Below the pieces are notes generated by a model. It saw only the letters and a program-made list of their open reading frames with translations, was not told the origin of the DNA and did no database searches. A stretch of DNA of 64,000 nucleotides from an uncultured Veillonellaceae bacterium. Its GTDB lineage: Bacteria; Bacillota; Negativicutes; JARBTT01. Position 1 is the first letter of the stretch. Each line of letters begins with the position of its first letter. The stretch spans positions 448,001-512,000 of the forward strand of contig CAWDTA010000002.1 in the NCBI GenBank assembly GCA_963805085.1. The letters run 5' to 3'. This document shows positions 29,889 to 38,350 of this stretch, one piece after another. The position numbers and the translations under genes are program-made.

Positions 29889-30635
29889 TTACTTTGTATC
29901 GCCTGTCCACATGTCGAAAACTAAGTCTTTACTCCAAAAAGAATATGGCAGATAAAAATAGCCCTTATCGCCCCATTCTTTGCCCCATGAATTACGGCAA
30001 ATAACAACACTATTAGCGTTATCATAACCAACGGCTAAAACTGCATGATTACCCAACAATTTTTCTCCTTCTTCAGGGAGCGGAGCCCATCCTGTATTGG
30101 TTACATCATCCGATTCAAAAGATTCGTACACAGCAAAACCAAATACAACCGGGATATCTTCCGACAAAGACGCCTTGAGCTTTGTTAAACTAAGTATACG
30201 GCTGTATTGGCTTATTTTATACTCTGCTGCATCAGTTTCGGCTTTTGCACTTGGCTTATTAGTAAATTTGCTTATGTCATACGGAAAGTCAACCTCCGGA
30301 CATACACCAATGTTTTTCAATACTTTCATGCCGTCACGAATAGAAGCTCCTGCATCCGTGCTTACAGTCCCTTCTAAATAACGCTCATGCCAATATAAGA
30401 ATAATCTTGATAATGCTGTATAAGATACATTGTCTCTTAGTTCAAGAAATTCTCGTAACCCACTTGCCATTGCATTTGCTGTACAAGAACCTAAATCTCC
30501 CTGATCTACAACGTCAGACATTTCATCACGAAGATCAATCTTGCTAGCTAAGACTTCCTTTATTACTTCTGTCTTATAAATATAATCTCGTAAATCAGGC
30601 TCGTCCTTTTTAAGTCCATAAATTCTTTTTCCCAT
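29889..30635 (-). CDS. C1 (papain-like) cysteine peptidase, no signal peptide
   Basis: DQGDLGSCTA (Cys), NHAVLAVGY (His), RNSWGKEWGDKGY (Asn). Confidence 0.92.
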   Translation of the reverse strand: MGKRIYGLKKDEPDLRDYIYKTEVIKEVLASKIDLRDEMSDVVDQGDLGSCTANAMASGLREFLELRDNVSYTALSRLFLYWHERYLEGTVSTDAGASIRDGMKVLKNIGVCPEVDFPYDISKFTNKPSAKAETDAAEYKISQYSRILSLTKLKASLSEDIPVVFGFAVYESFESDDVTNTGWAPLPEEGEKLLGNHAVLAVGYDNANSVVICRNSWGKEWGDKGYFYLPYSFWSKDLVFDMWTGDTK

Positions 30636-30726
30636 TTTGTATTTCCTCCAAATTTTTATTTGAAAATCGAAATAGCCAAGGACCTCTTTTTGCTATCTGT
30701 GTATCCTGCATCTCGACCCTCATATA

Positions 30727-30777
30727 TATATACATTTATTCAAGCTTAATTTTTAAATGGGTAAAACTAAAAATCTA
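30727..30777. repeat. 51-bp direct repeat, copy 1
   Basis: TATATACATTTATTCAAGCTTAATTTTTAAATGGGTAAAACTAAAAATCTA, identical to 32275-32325. Confidence 0.95.
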
Positions 30778-30983
30778 AAAATCTAAGAAGGCACCTACCT
30801 CAAAAATTAGATAAATGCCCTTTGATCTGATTATATATTATTTTTGTTTAACTATTTAACTTAAAAATGTTAGCTTGATTATGCATCATGAAGTTCAAAG
30901 TAATACGCATATTAATACACAGTTAGGTAAAGATTTTGTAAGTCAGCAATGGAAGGGGCGGCTAAAAGCAACTATAAATTTGA

Positions 30984-32165
30984 TTAGCTTTTTGGAGTTA
31001 GTTTCCCCCCATCGGTCAAGGTATGGCTCTTATTCCCAAGCCAGCCGTTTGCCGTGAGGCTAGAATCGTAATAGATCGTGTATCCATTGTCATCGATGTT
31101 GGCAAGGGTGGAGTCCCCATCGGTCAGACTCGTCAAATACGAAGTCCCTGTCACACTCCAGATGCTGGTTGAATCAAGAGTTAATGCCGCCGAATTGATT
31201 GTACCTGTCAGTTTTGTACAATTTTTGATTGTAGCCGTGATTGAGCTGATGCTATCACAGATCAGATCACCAGTAAGGATTTCACCATTAGCCGTGAAGA
31301 CCGCGTTACCACCATTTTTCCCTGTATTACCCCATCTTTCAGTAGCAGCAGCTTGGATAAGTATTGCCGAAGGGAAAGTGAGCTCCACACCAGTCAGATT
31401 GATTTCCGCTGTCGTGTTTGTAACAAAGAACAAGGGTCCAGATTGCGCTGTGAGCGATCCACTGTTCATCGTAAAGGTTCCTTTTTTACCTTCAGCATCA
31501 CCAGAATCACTTTGATATATCATCACCCCCCGGTTTTTTGCGCCCAACAGGGTAGTGTCAGTCAAGGTTATAAAGTTTTCCCCTTCTATCACGGCAGCTT
31601 CTGCCCCCAAGGCTTTAATTGTGGAACTAGAAATCGTAATATCTCCCGTTGAATAAACACCTGGGGAGTCTGTCCCTGATGTCGTCGCTACAGAATTATT
31701 AGCGGTTATCACCCCATTCCCCCTGTCTGTAGCAAAAGCTGCGCAATGGGCTCCCTCAGTGCTGATACTTATGCTGTTGGCAGTTACGGTGCCGGTTAAA
31801 GTCGCATCCAAACCACGGGCAGAATCGCCTGTTGTCTTAATGTTAACGTTAGACAGAGTAATCGCCGAGTCGGCACCTGTTGCGAAAAGTGCATTGGCTC
31901 CATTGCCACTTGTAATTACCGAACAATTGGAGATGGATATTTGACTAGCCGCTTCTGCCAGCACACCAGCGTTAAGACCATAAAAATTGCTATTGTCCTC
32001 TGAAGTAGTGTGACCTGTCGTCGTCACGGATGAATCCGACAAATTTAAAATACCGCCATTGGTGACTTTAACCCCGGACTCATCGGTATTAGAAGTAGTA
32101 TATGCCTGATTCTTCACGGTTGTAGCCCCGCCACTTTGATAGTACGCCATAGATTCTGTACTCAT
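30984..32165 (-). CDS. Ser/Thr/Gly-rich predicted parallel beta-helix protein
   Basis: Repeating (I/V)xTxG..(A/S).G(L/V) turns (SNFYGLNAGVLA, ATDRGNG, DSPGVYSTG); AGGAGG RBS. Confidence 0.7.
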   Translation of the reverse strand: MSTESMAYYQSGGATTVKNQAYTTSNTDESGVKVTNGGILNLSDSSVTTTGHTTSEDNSNFYGLNAGVLAEAASQISISNCSVITSGNGANALFATGADSAITLSNVNIKTTGDSARGLDATLTGTVTANSISISTEGAHCAAFATDRGNGVITANNSVATTSGTDSPGVYSTGDITISSSTIKALGAEAAVIEGENFITLTDTTLLGAKNRGVMIYQSDSGDAEGKKGTFTMNSGSLTAQSGPLFFVTNTTAEINLTGVELTFPSAILIQAAATERWGNTGKNGGNAVFTANGEILTGDLICDSISSITATIKNCTKLTGTINSAALTLDSTSIWSVTGTSYLTSLTDGDSTLANIDDNGYTIYYDSSLTANGWLGNKSHTLTDGGKLTPKS

Positions 32166-32274
32166 TATTCTCTCCTCCTAATTCTAATAATATTTGTCTG
32201 AAAAATTCAGAAAACCAATATAACCAAGAAACTCATCTTATTTACCATGTGTTTTCTGTATATTGACTTTCACT

Positions 32275-32325
32275 TATATACATTTATTCAAGCTTAATTT
32301 TTAAATGGGTAAAACTAAAAATCTA
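32275..32325. repeat. 51-bp direct repeat, copy 2
   Basis: Identical to 30727-30777. Confidence 0.95.
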
Positions 32326-32568
32326 TAGATTCATTGATAAAACAAAAATATTAGAAATAAAAATTACGCATTAGCACATATAAAATAAACGATATTTAAG
32401 ACAGATAAAAGCTCTCCTTTCGGTAGCTGGTTATTATGATTTAACCTGCCTGCCATAGGGGAGCTATTAATTAGCTGCTAGTTGTGCCTTTTTCCGCGAA
32501 ATATTTCCAATCGAACTTTAGAGACTCCATATTCCTTGGTTTGCTTTCCTCCTCTAATGATTCCTTTT

Positions 32569-32793
32569 TTAATTCGCATAGATAATGTCTCTAAATTCTT
32601 CAAATGGAATCTCGTCAGCTATTTCAGTGACTTGACCAACTAGCGAAAAATTATATATATTAACTGCATCTTTCCACTTGATCATCACATATTCTTTGCA
32701 ATTTAAATCTATAATGAGTTTAACTGTAAAATCAGCGTTCTTTGTTTCTTCAGCAATAATTGTGTCTTTTGTTGTTCTATAGATTTTATACAT
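32569..32793 (-). CDS. Small hypothetical protein
   Basis: 74-aa ORF with an AGAGG RBS. Confidence 0.5.
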   Translation of the reverse strand: MYKIYRTTKDTIIAEETKNADFTVKLIIDLNCKEYVMIKWKDAVNIYNFSLVGQVTEIADEIPFEEFRDIIYAN

Positions 32794-32941
32794 TTACAAA
32801 ACCTCTATTTCCCAAAAAGACATATCTTGTCCCTTGTAAATAGAATGAACCTCTCCCTTTGGTTGTGGCGAGGAGGCTTCCTCGCCACACGCTGGTGCGA
32901 TACTTTGACCACAGCTTTTTACTACTTTGTACTGATACCAA
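32786..32941 (-). CDS. Possible 51-aa basic small ORF (MVSVQSSKKLWSKY...GFVNV)
   Basis: TTG start after AAGGGGG; stop overlaps the start of the next gene; not in ORF track. Confidence 0.3.
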   Translation of the reverse strand: MVSVQSSKKLWSKYRTSVWRGSLLATTKGRGSFYLQGTRYVFLGNRGFVNV

Positions 32942-33034
32942 TTTTATATCCCCCTTCATCATTCTGTAGGAGGTTTCTTCTATCCGCTGACACAGATAGA
33001 AAAAACCAGCATACAGTTTGTTTCAGGGGAAATT

Positions 33035-33299
33035 AAAAAAGCGCATGCGAGGTTATTCCAACCTACACATGCGCTATACTTCATCTTGATTGCATGCAGA
33101 CGCTAAGCCTCTGCCAAAACTCCAATCGTATTATACCGGACGAACGGACTATCTCCCTTGTAATCAAGGGAAAAGCACGGTATAATAAATTGTCGTCGTA
33201 GACAGCTAGCTGTTACGTGTAGGTGCCAACACACCTGCTCGTGCCTGTGAGTGCTCTAACACTCTCAGGACACGGCGACTTTCTTAATTTCCACCTTAT
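33035..33299 (-). ncRNA. Candidate structured non-coding RNA
   Basis: TTGCAA-N16-TATAAT promoter (33306-33333), multi-hairpin domain 33192-33279, second stem 33129-33187, terminator 33035-33075; no long ORF. Confidence 0.55.
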
Positions 33300-33368
33300 T
33301 CCTTAATTATAATCCATTTTTTAATGATTGCAAGTAAAAGTAAGTCGAAAATATGATTTTTTTATATA

Positions 33369-33416
33369 GAAAAAGCGAGGTTAGCGGATTTTTACGTCCG
33401 TCGACCTCGCTTTTTC
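33369..33416. terminator. Terminator downstream of ABC-F
   Basis: GAAAAAGCGAGGT...ACCTCGCTTTTTC. Confidence 0.7.
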
Positions 33417-33483
33417 TTTATCAACTTACCATGAATCTAGGAACACTTCAAAGCGTTTAAGAAGCTTCATGTAGATGTTATTA

Positions 33484-33512
33484 GGGTGTACCCCTGACTT
33501 TGTGCAAACTCC
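33484..33512. mobile_element. Possible isolated IS terminal inverted-repeat remnant (IS256-like end)
   Basis: GGGTGTACCCCTGACTTTGTGCAAACTCC resembles IS256-family ends from memory; no transposase or partner end is visible. Confidence 0.3.
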
Positions 33513-33518
33513 AATTGG

Positions 33519-33560
33519 CATAGGAAAGCTTGAGGATATAGCGAGTCCAGACAATTTATT
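33519..33560. repeat. 42-bp direct repeat, copy 1 (duplicated fragment of the Cof gene)
   Basis: CATAGGAAAGCTTGAGGATATAGCGAGTCCAGACAATTTATT, identical to 40225-40266. Confidence 0.95.
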
Positions 33561-33595
33561 TAATCAATAATATTTGCAAGAATAAAAATTAGAAG

Positions 33596-35515
33596 CTAGG
33601 AACCGTTTATTTTTAGCCATTCCTGATACAGTGCCCCCTTAGTATCTTCCCATTCTTTTTTTTGCAAAAGTAAAGGTTCCATCGTAAGAAAATCGCTGCC
33701 ACATAATTGCATTCGAGTTTCTAGAGCAGCAAGTGCTGATTCTAGTTCCTGAATAGCGTTTTCAATTTTTTCAATTTCTACAATAGCCTTTTTAGAAATA
33801 GTTTCTGTATGTACGGAAACAGGTAGTTTTGTAACAATTCTGGAACTTTTATGAACATCAGTTATTTTGCCTTCCGTATGCCTAGTCTGATATTCTAACT
33901 GCTCATTTCTTATTTTTTTTTGTAGGTAATAATCATAATTACCATCATATTTAGTTAATTTACCATTCTTTAATTCCCAAATTCGAGAAGCAAATTTGTT
34001 AATAAAATATCGGTCATGAGATACAAACAACACAGTGCCTTTAAAATCATCTAATGCTTTTTCTAGCCATTCTCGTGAATCGATATCCAGATGGTTGGTC
34101 GGTTCATCGAGCAATAGCAGATTAACGTTGTTTTGCATCATTAAGCAAAGCCGCAGTCTACTCTTCTCTCCTCCAGAAAGTTTACCTGTCGTCCTATATA
34201 CGCCTTCACCTTTAAAACAATATCTTGCTAGTATGTGGCGGGCATCATTTTCGCTTATATCTAACTCATAGCTTACTGTTTCCAGTACACTAAGCATGGG
34301 GTGTGAAAAAGTAACTATTTGTGGCAAATAAGCATACTTGATACTATTGCCAAGTTTAACTTCGCCAGCGTCAGGAATTATTTCGCCAGTAATTATTTTT
34401 AATAATGTAGATTTTCCAGAGCCGTTTATACCCAACAAGACAGTCCTTTCACCTCTATACAAGGTAAAGTCGAGACTGTTAAGAATATTATGATCGTCAA
34501 AGTTTTTACTTAGATTCTTGGCAACAAGAACTTCCTGCCCTGAGAAAGTATGTTCGTTAAATTTCGTTTGCATTCGTTGCTCATATTGTGGTCGCTCGAC
34601 TTTTTCCATCCGCTCAATGCGTTTTTCCATGTTTAAGGCTCTTTTGTGCAGAGACGGACTATCGCCACGTTGTGCCCACTCATGCAATTGTTTGGCTGAA
34701 TTTTGCATTCGCTTAATTTTTTTTTGTTCTTGATTAAATTCCTCTTGACGCTGTAGACATCGAGCTTTTTTTTCAGCCACAAAGTATGAATAGTTACCTT
34801 CATATAGATCGATTTTTCCGTCAGATAATTCAACAATACGAGTTACTACTTGATTAAGAAAATATCGATCATGAGATATGACAACGACAGTCCCCTTATA
34901 TTCGTGTAAGAATTTTTCCAACCATTCGATAGCAGTAACATCCAGATGATTTGTTGGTTCGTCGAGCAGGAGAATTTGCGAATTATTAATCAATAATCTG
35001 CCTAACATAACCCTTGTTTTTTCCCCACCGCTCAACATAGAAAAATTAGTCGCTAATAGTTCGGAACTGAATCCAAGACCAGTACACACCTTCTTAATGT
35101 TTTCTTCCATTTCATAGCCATGCCTAGCTTCAAAGTTTTGTTGCAGGTGCCCGTACTTTTCCAAGGTATTATCAATATCGGTGACATCAGTCATTGTTTG
35201 TTCCAATGCGATCATTTGAGCTTTAATTTCAAGTAAATCACTATAAGCTGAACAAAGGGCTTCATATGCAGTATAATCCTCAGGAAAGTCGGTGAATTGT
35301 TCCAAAACGCTCACGAGAGATCCTTTTCGAATCATTACCTCTCCGTTGTCACTTGGAATAACACCTGCCAATATATTTAATAAGGTTGTTTTCCCTGTCC
35401 CATTTTTACCTAATAAACCAATTCGTTCACCTATTTGTATTTCAAAAGTAACTCCCTTGATCAAATGGTCGGCACCATAGTATTTTTCAATGTCACGCAA
35501 AGCTATTTCAATCAT
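33596..35515 (-). CDS. ABC-F family ATPase (ribosome-associated, ribosomal-protection-like)
   Basis: Two ABC domains (GKNGTGKT/LSGGEK/DEPTNHLD; GINGSGKS/LSGGEK/DEPTNHLD), no TM segments, helical linker and C-terminal coiled coil. Confidence 0.92.
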   Translation of the reverse strand: MIEIALRDIEKYYGADHLIKGVTFEIQIGERIGLLGKNGTGKTTLLNILAGVIPSDNGEVMIRKGSLVSVLEQFTDFPEDYTAYEALCSAYSDLLEIKAQMIALEQTMTDVTDIDNTLEKYGHLQQNFEARHGYEMEENIKKVCTGLGFSSELLATNFSMLSGGEKTRVMLGRLLINNSQILLLDEPTNHLDVTAIEWLEKFLHEYKGTVVVISHDRYFLNQVVTRIVELSDGKIDLYEGNYSYFVAEKKARCLQRQEEFNQEQKKIKRMQNSAKQLHEWAQRGDSPSLHKRALNMEKRIERMEKVERPQYEQRMQTKFNEHTFSGQEVLVAKNLSKNFDDHNILNSLDFTLYRGERTVLLGINGSGKSTLLKIITGEIIPDAGEVKLGNSIKYAYLPQIVTFSHPMLSVLETVSYELDISENDARHILARYCFKGEGVYRTTGKLSGGEKSRLRLCLMMQNNVNLLLLDEPTNHLDIDSREWLEKALDDFKGTVLFVSHDRYFINKFASRIWELKNGKLTKYDGNYDYYLQKKIRNEQLEYQTRHTEGKITDVHKSSRIVTKLPVSVHTETISKKAIVEIEKIENAIQELESALAALETRMQLCGSDFLTMEPLLLQKKEWEDTKGALYQEWLKINGS

Positions 35516-35787
35516 GAAACATACCTACATAAAGCAGCACTATTCGTTGCTTTGCATATATTTTTGCTTCCAACATGCATTCCCCCTTAATCAAGACATT
35601 GCGTTAACAAGCAAATTTTACATTACATTTAAGCTACGAATATTTTTATTTCAACTAAATTGTCCACTGCTCATCTTCCTTATTTATTCCTATTTACATT
35701 AAAATACCATAATATCCAATAAAGAACAACAGGTTTATATGAGCCATTAATCAATGAATATTTTTATAACTTTAATAAAAATATTTA

Positions 35788-35816
35788 TTGATTAAAATTG
35801 TAAATAATGGTAAATT
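35788..35816 (+). promoter_or_regulatory. sigmaA-like promoter for the RiPP operon
   Basis: TTGATT-N17-TAAATT with extended TGn. Confidence 0.5.
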
Positions 35817-35842
35817 AAATATAAACATATATGTTTATATTT
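35817..35842. promoter_or_regulatory. Perfect 26-bp palindrome over the predicted transcription start (candidate operator)
   Basis: AAATATAAACATATATGTTTATATTT is its own reverse complement. Confidence 0.55.
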
Positions 35843-35861
35843 GTAAAAGGAGGAATAAAAG

Positions 35862-35921
35862 ATGTCTATTAAAAAAATTGCTAAAACATCTACAATTGCA
35901 TCAATTACTCATAGAAGCTAA
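35862..35921 (+). CDS. Putative RiPP precursor peptide MSIKKIAKTSTIASITHRS (19 aa)
   Basis: Perfect AAGGAGG RBS, ATG at 35862, TAA at 35919-35921, directly upstream of the ThiF gene; below the ORF-track size cutoff. Confidence 0.8.
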   Translation: MSIKKIAKTSTIASITHRS

Positions 35922-35982
35922 TTCCTTGGTGGAAGCATCATAGTGCTTCTATCCATTTTGTTTGTTAAATAATAACAATAAT

Positions 35983-36023
35983 TTGCAAAAAGGACTAGCA
36001 TAAAATGCTAGTCCTTTTTGCAA
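35983..36023 (+). terminator. Stem-loop/terminator between precursor and ThiF genes
   Basis: TTGCAAAAAGGACTAGCAT-AAA-ATGCTAGTCCTTTTTGCAA perfect 19-bp inverted repeat. Confidence 0.8.
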
Positions 36024-36049
36024 GCATATCAATATGAGGAGAGTTGAAA

Positions 36050-37084
36050 ATGAGATATACCTTTTCACCATTAGCTCTTTTTTTTCAAAATGTAGAAGAT
36101 GTATTTATTATATATAACGACGAAATTTTATGTATTGAAAATTGTACTGATGATATTTTAAAGGGTATTGCATTAATTAAAAGAGGATGTACTGATACAC
36201 AACTAATACAAGAATTAGGTAAAGAAGAGACAACTAAATTAATAAATTCAATGCAAGATTTTGATTTAATAAGAATTAACTATAAAAACGAATTTTCAGA
36301 AAATATAGTAGAACGACAAATTTACTTTTTCGATACCCTATCACAAAACCCAAATGAAATACAAAAGAATCTTCAATCAAAAAGAATTTGTATTTTAGGA
36401 ATGGGTGGTGTAGGATCAATTGTATTCCAACACTTAATTGGAGCTGGTATCAAGTCGTTCATTATTATTGATAGCGATATTATTGAGGTATCTAATTTAA
36501 ATAGACAATTTATGTTTAACTCAACACAAATAAATCAATTAAAAGTTGAAGCAGCAAAAGAATATGCAAAAAACATAGATGCTAATATTGATGTTAGTGG
36601 ATATGCTAAATTTATTAATTCAATAGAAGATTTATATTTTTTAAAAGAGAATAAAATTGATTTTTTTGTTTGTGCTGCTGATTTACCGCCTGGCAAGATT
36701 CAAAATATTGTTGGCGAATTTTGCAAAGAAAATAAGATTCCATTTTCTTTTGGGTCTGTAGGAATAAACTTTGGTTCATGGGGACCATTGATTATACCAG
36801 ACAAAAGCATATGTTGCTACGATTGTTTTCGCCGCGAAGAAGAAAGGTTAATGTCAGATGTGGAAAAAAGGATATTAAAATGTGCAAATGAAGTTATAAA
36901 AGCTTCATTTGGGCCAACTAATACTGTGATTTCTGCTTTTTTAGCAAAAGATATTATTATGTTTCTATCTGGAAGTAAAGATATTCAAACAATGAATACT
37001 CGAACTTATTTAAACTTCCAAACAATGGAAACTACAAGAGTTTCAGGAAAATCATGCAAATGTAAAACTGCTATAAATTTTTAG
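36050..37084 (+). CDS. ThiF/MccB-like adenylyltransferase with an N-terminal extension (possible RiPP recognition element)
   Basis: ILGMGGVG, DSDIIEVSNLNRQ, GPLIIP, CCYDC and C-terminal CKC; about 90-aa N-terminal domain; GAGGAG RBS before ATG at 36050. Confidence 0.88.
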   Translation: MRYTFSPLALFFQNVEDVFIIYNDEILCIENCTDDILKGIALIKRGCTDTQLIQELGKEETTKLINSMQDFDLIRINYKNEFSENIVERQIYFFDTLSQNPNEIQKNLQSKRICILGMGGVGSIVFQHLIGAGIKSFIIIDSDIIEVSNLNRQFMFNSTQINQLKVEAAKEYAKNIDANIDVSGYAKFINSIEDLYFLKENKIDFFVCAADLPPGKIQNIVGEFCKENKIPFSFGSVGINFGSWGPLIIPDKSICCYDCFRREEERLMSDVEKRILKCANEVIKASFGPTNTVISAFLAKDIIMFLSGSKDIQTMNTRTYLNFQTMETTRVSGKSCKCKTAINF

Positions 37085-37087
37085 ATA

Positions 37088-38350
37088 ATGGAGAATCAAG
37101 TGAATAAAATGTTGGATTATTATAATAATTTAATTAGTATTAACAAAGATATAGTAAAATTAAATATATCTTCTTTTTTTTACAGTTTGTTTTTTGATAG
37201 GGCAATTTGGACATTATTTTTATTAGAAAAGGGATTAGATGGGTTACAGGTAGGTCTTGCAGAATCTTTGTTACACATATCAATTGTTTTATTCGAAGTA
37301 CCTACAGGGATCATAGCCGACATTTATGGGAGAAAAATAAGTTTAATTATTTCGAGGATAATTTCTATTATTTATGCTGTAGGATTAATGTCTGTGAATA
37401 ATATTTGGAGTATCTATTTTATATTTATTCTATTTGGATTAGGATCAACATTTTCCTCAGGGTCGGATACTGCGCTTCTATATGATTCTATAAAAGGTAA
37501 TAAAAAAGAAAAAGATAAACAATTCACAAAAATTAACGGTTACTATGGTGCATTTATTACAGCAGGTTTGACCTTAGGCATGTTTTGTGGCGGATTTTTA
37601 CAGTCTGTATCATGGAATACGGTATATCTTTATATAGCAGTAGTTCAAGTAATATCAATTATACCATTAATAAATATGACAGATAACTCTGGGCTAGTTA
37701 AGGCAAAACAGGGAAAAAACCAGGATTTTTCTTTCCTCGTTTGCTTAAAAAATTTAGTTATCAGTAATCTAATTGTTTTTAAAAATCGTTTATTTTTTAC
37801 TTTAGTAATAGGGATAGTTATTTTTACCGCGACAATTAATACACTTTATCTATTTATTCCAATCTGGTTTAAGGAGCAGGGATTTGATGAAATAATCATA
37901 TCTCAAATATTTACACTAGATTCTATTATTGGAATTATAGCTTATTCTTGTGCATATAAACTAGAAAAAAAAGTAAACATCTACACTTTATTGATAATAT
38001 TACCATTAATATCATTGATTGCTTTATTATTACTACCAATCACCAATAGTCTATCGCCTATATTATTCATCATTATTAACAATCTTGCAATTTTATTTTA
38101 TCCCTTATCCAGTGCCTTAATTAATAAATTAATAAAATCAGAAGAAAGAGCAACAATATTATCTTCAGTGAGTTTCTTAAGTTCAATAATTATAGCAATT
38201 CAGTTTCCTACCATTGGGTTTTTAACAAAATATATAGATACGGGATTTGTTTTATCAGGTCTTTCGATCTTTTGTTTATGTTCAATTATTTTACTTTGGC
38301 AAACCAATAGGAAGGGGATATTAAATTACAATGAAAAACGATATTCCTAA
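37088..38350 (+). CDS. MFS exporter
   Basis: FEVPTGIIADIYGRK and SGSDTALLYDS motifs, about 12 TM segments. Confidence 0.9.
   Translation: MENQVNKMLDYYNNLISINKDIVKLNISSFFYSLFFDRAIWTLFLLEKGLDGLQVGLAESLLHISIVLFEVPTGIIADIYGRKISLIISRIISIIYAVGLMSVNNIWSIYFIFILFGLGSTFSSGSDTALLYDSIKGNKKEKDKQFTKINGYYGAFITAGLTLGMFCGGFLQSVSWNTVYLYIAVVQVISIIPLINMTDNSGLVKAKQGKNQDFSFLVCLKNLVISNLIVFKNRLFFTLVIGIVIFTATINTLYLFIPIWFKEQGFDEIIISQIFTLDSIIGIIAYSCAYKLEKKVNIYTLLIILPLISLIALLLLPITNSLSPILFIIINNLAILFYPLSSALINKLIKSEERATILSSVSFLSSIIIAIQFPTIGFLTKYIDTGFVLSGLSIFCLCSIILLWQTNRKGILNYNEKRYS

Noticed and set aside
32470-32560. Possible 19-aa ORF MESLKFDWKYFAEKGTTSS or a decayed HTH fragment
   Set aside because: The strong RBS is too far from the ATG and the frames are inconsistent; it cannot be supported
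35922-35972. In-frame continuation after the precursor stop (FLGGSIIVLLSILFVK*), suggesting readthrough or a double-glycine bacteriocin
   Set aside because: TAA is a strong stop, the segment is explained by an RNA hairpin, and there is no C39 peptidase/ABC exporter in the cluster
36050-37084. Calling the cluster microcin C (mccB) or a thiamine/molybdopterin ThiF/MoeB
   Set aside because: The precursor lacks the C-terminal Asn that MccB needs, and there is no ThiS/MoaD-like sulfur carrier or cofactor gene nearby
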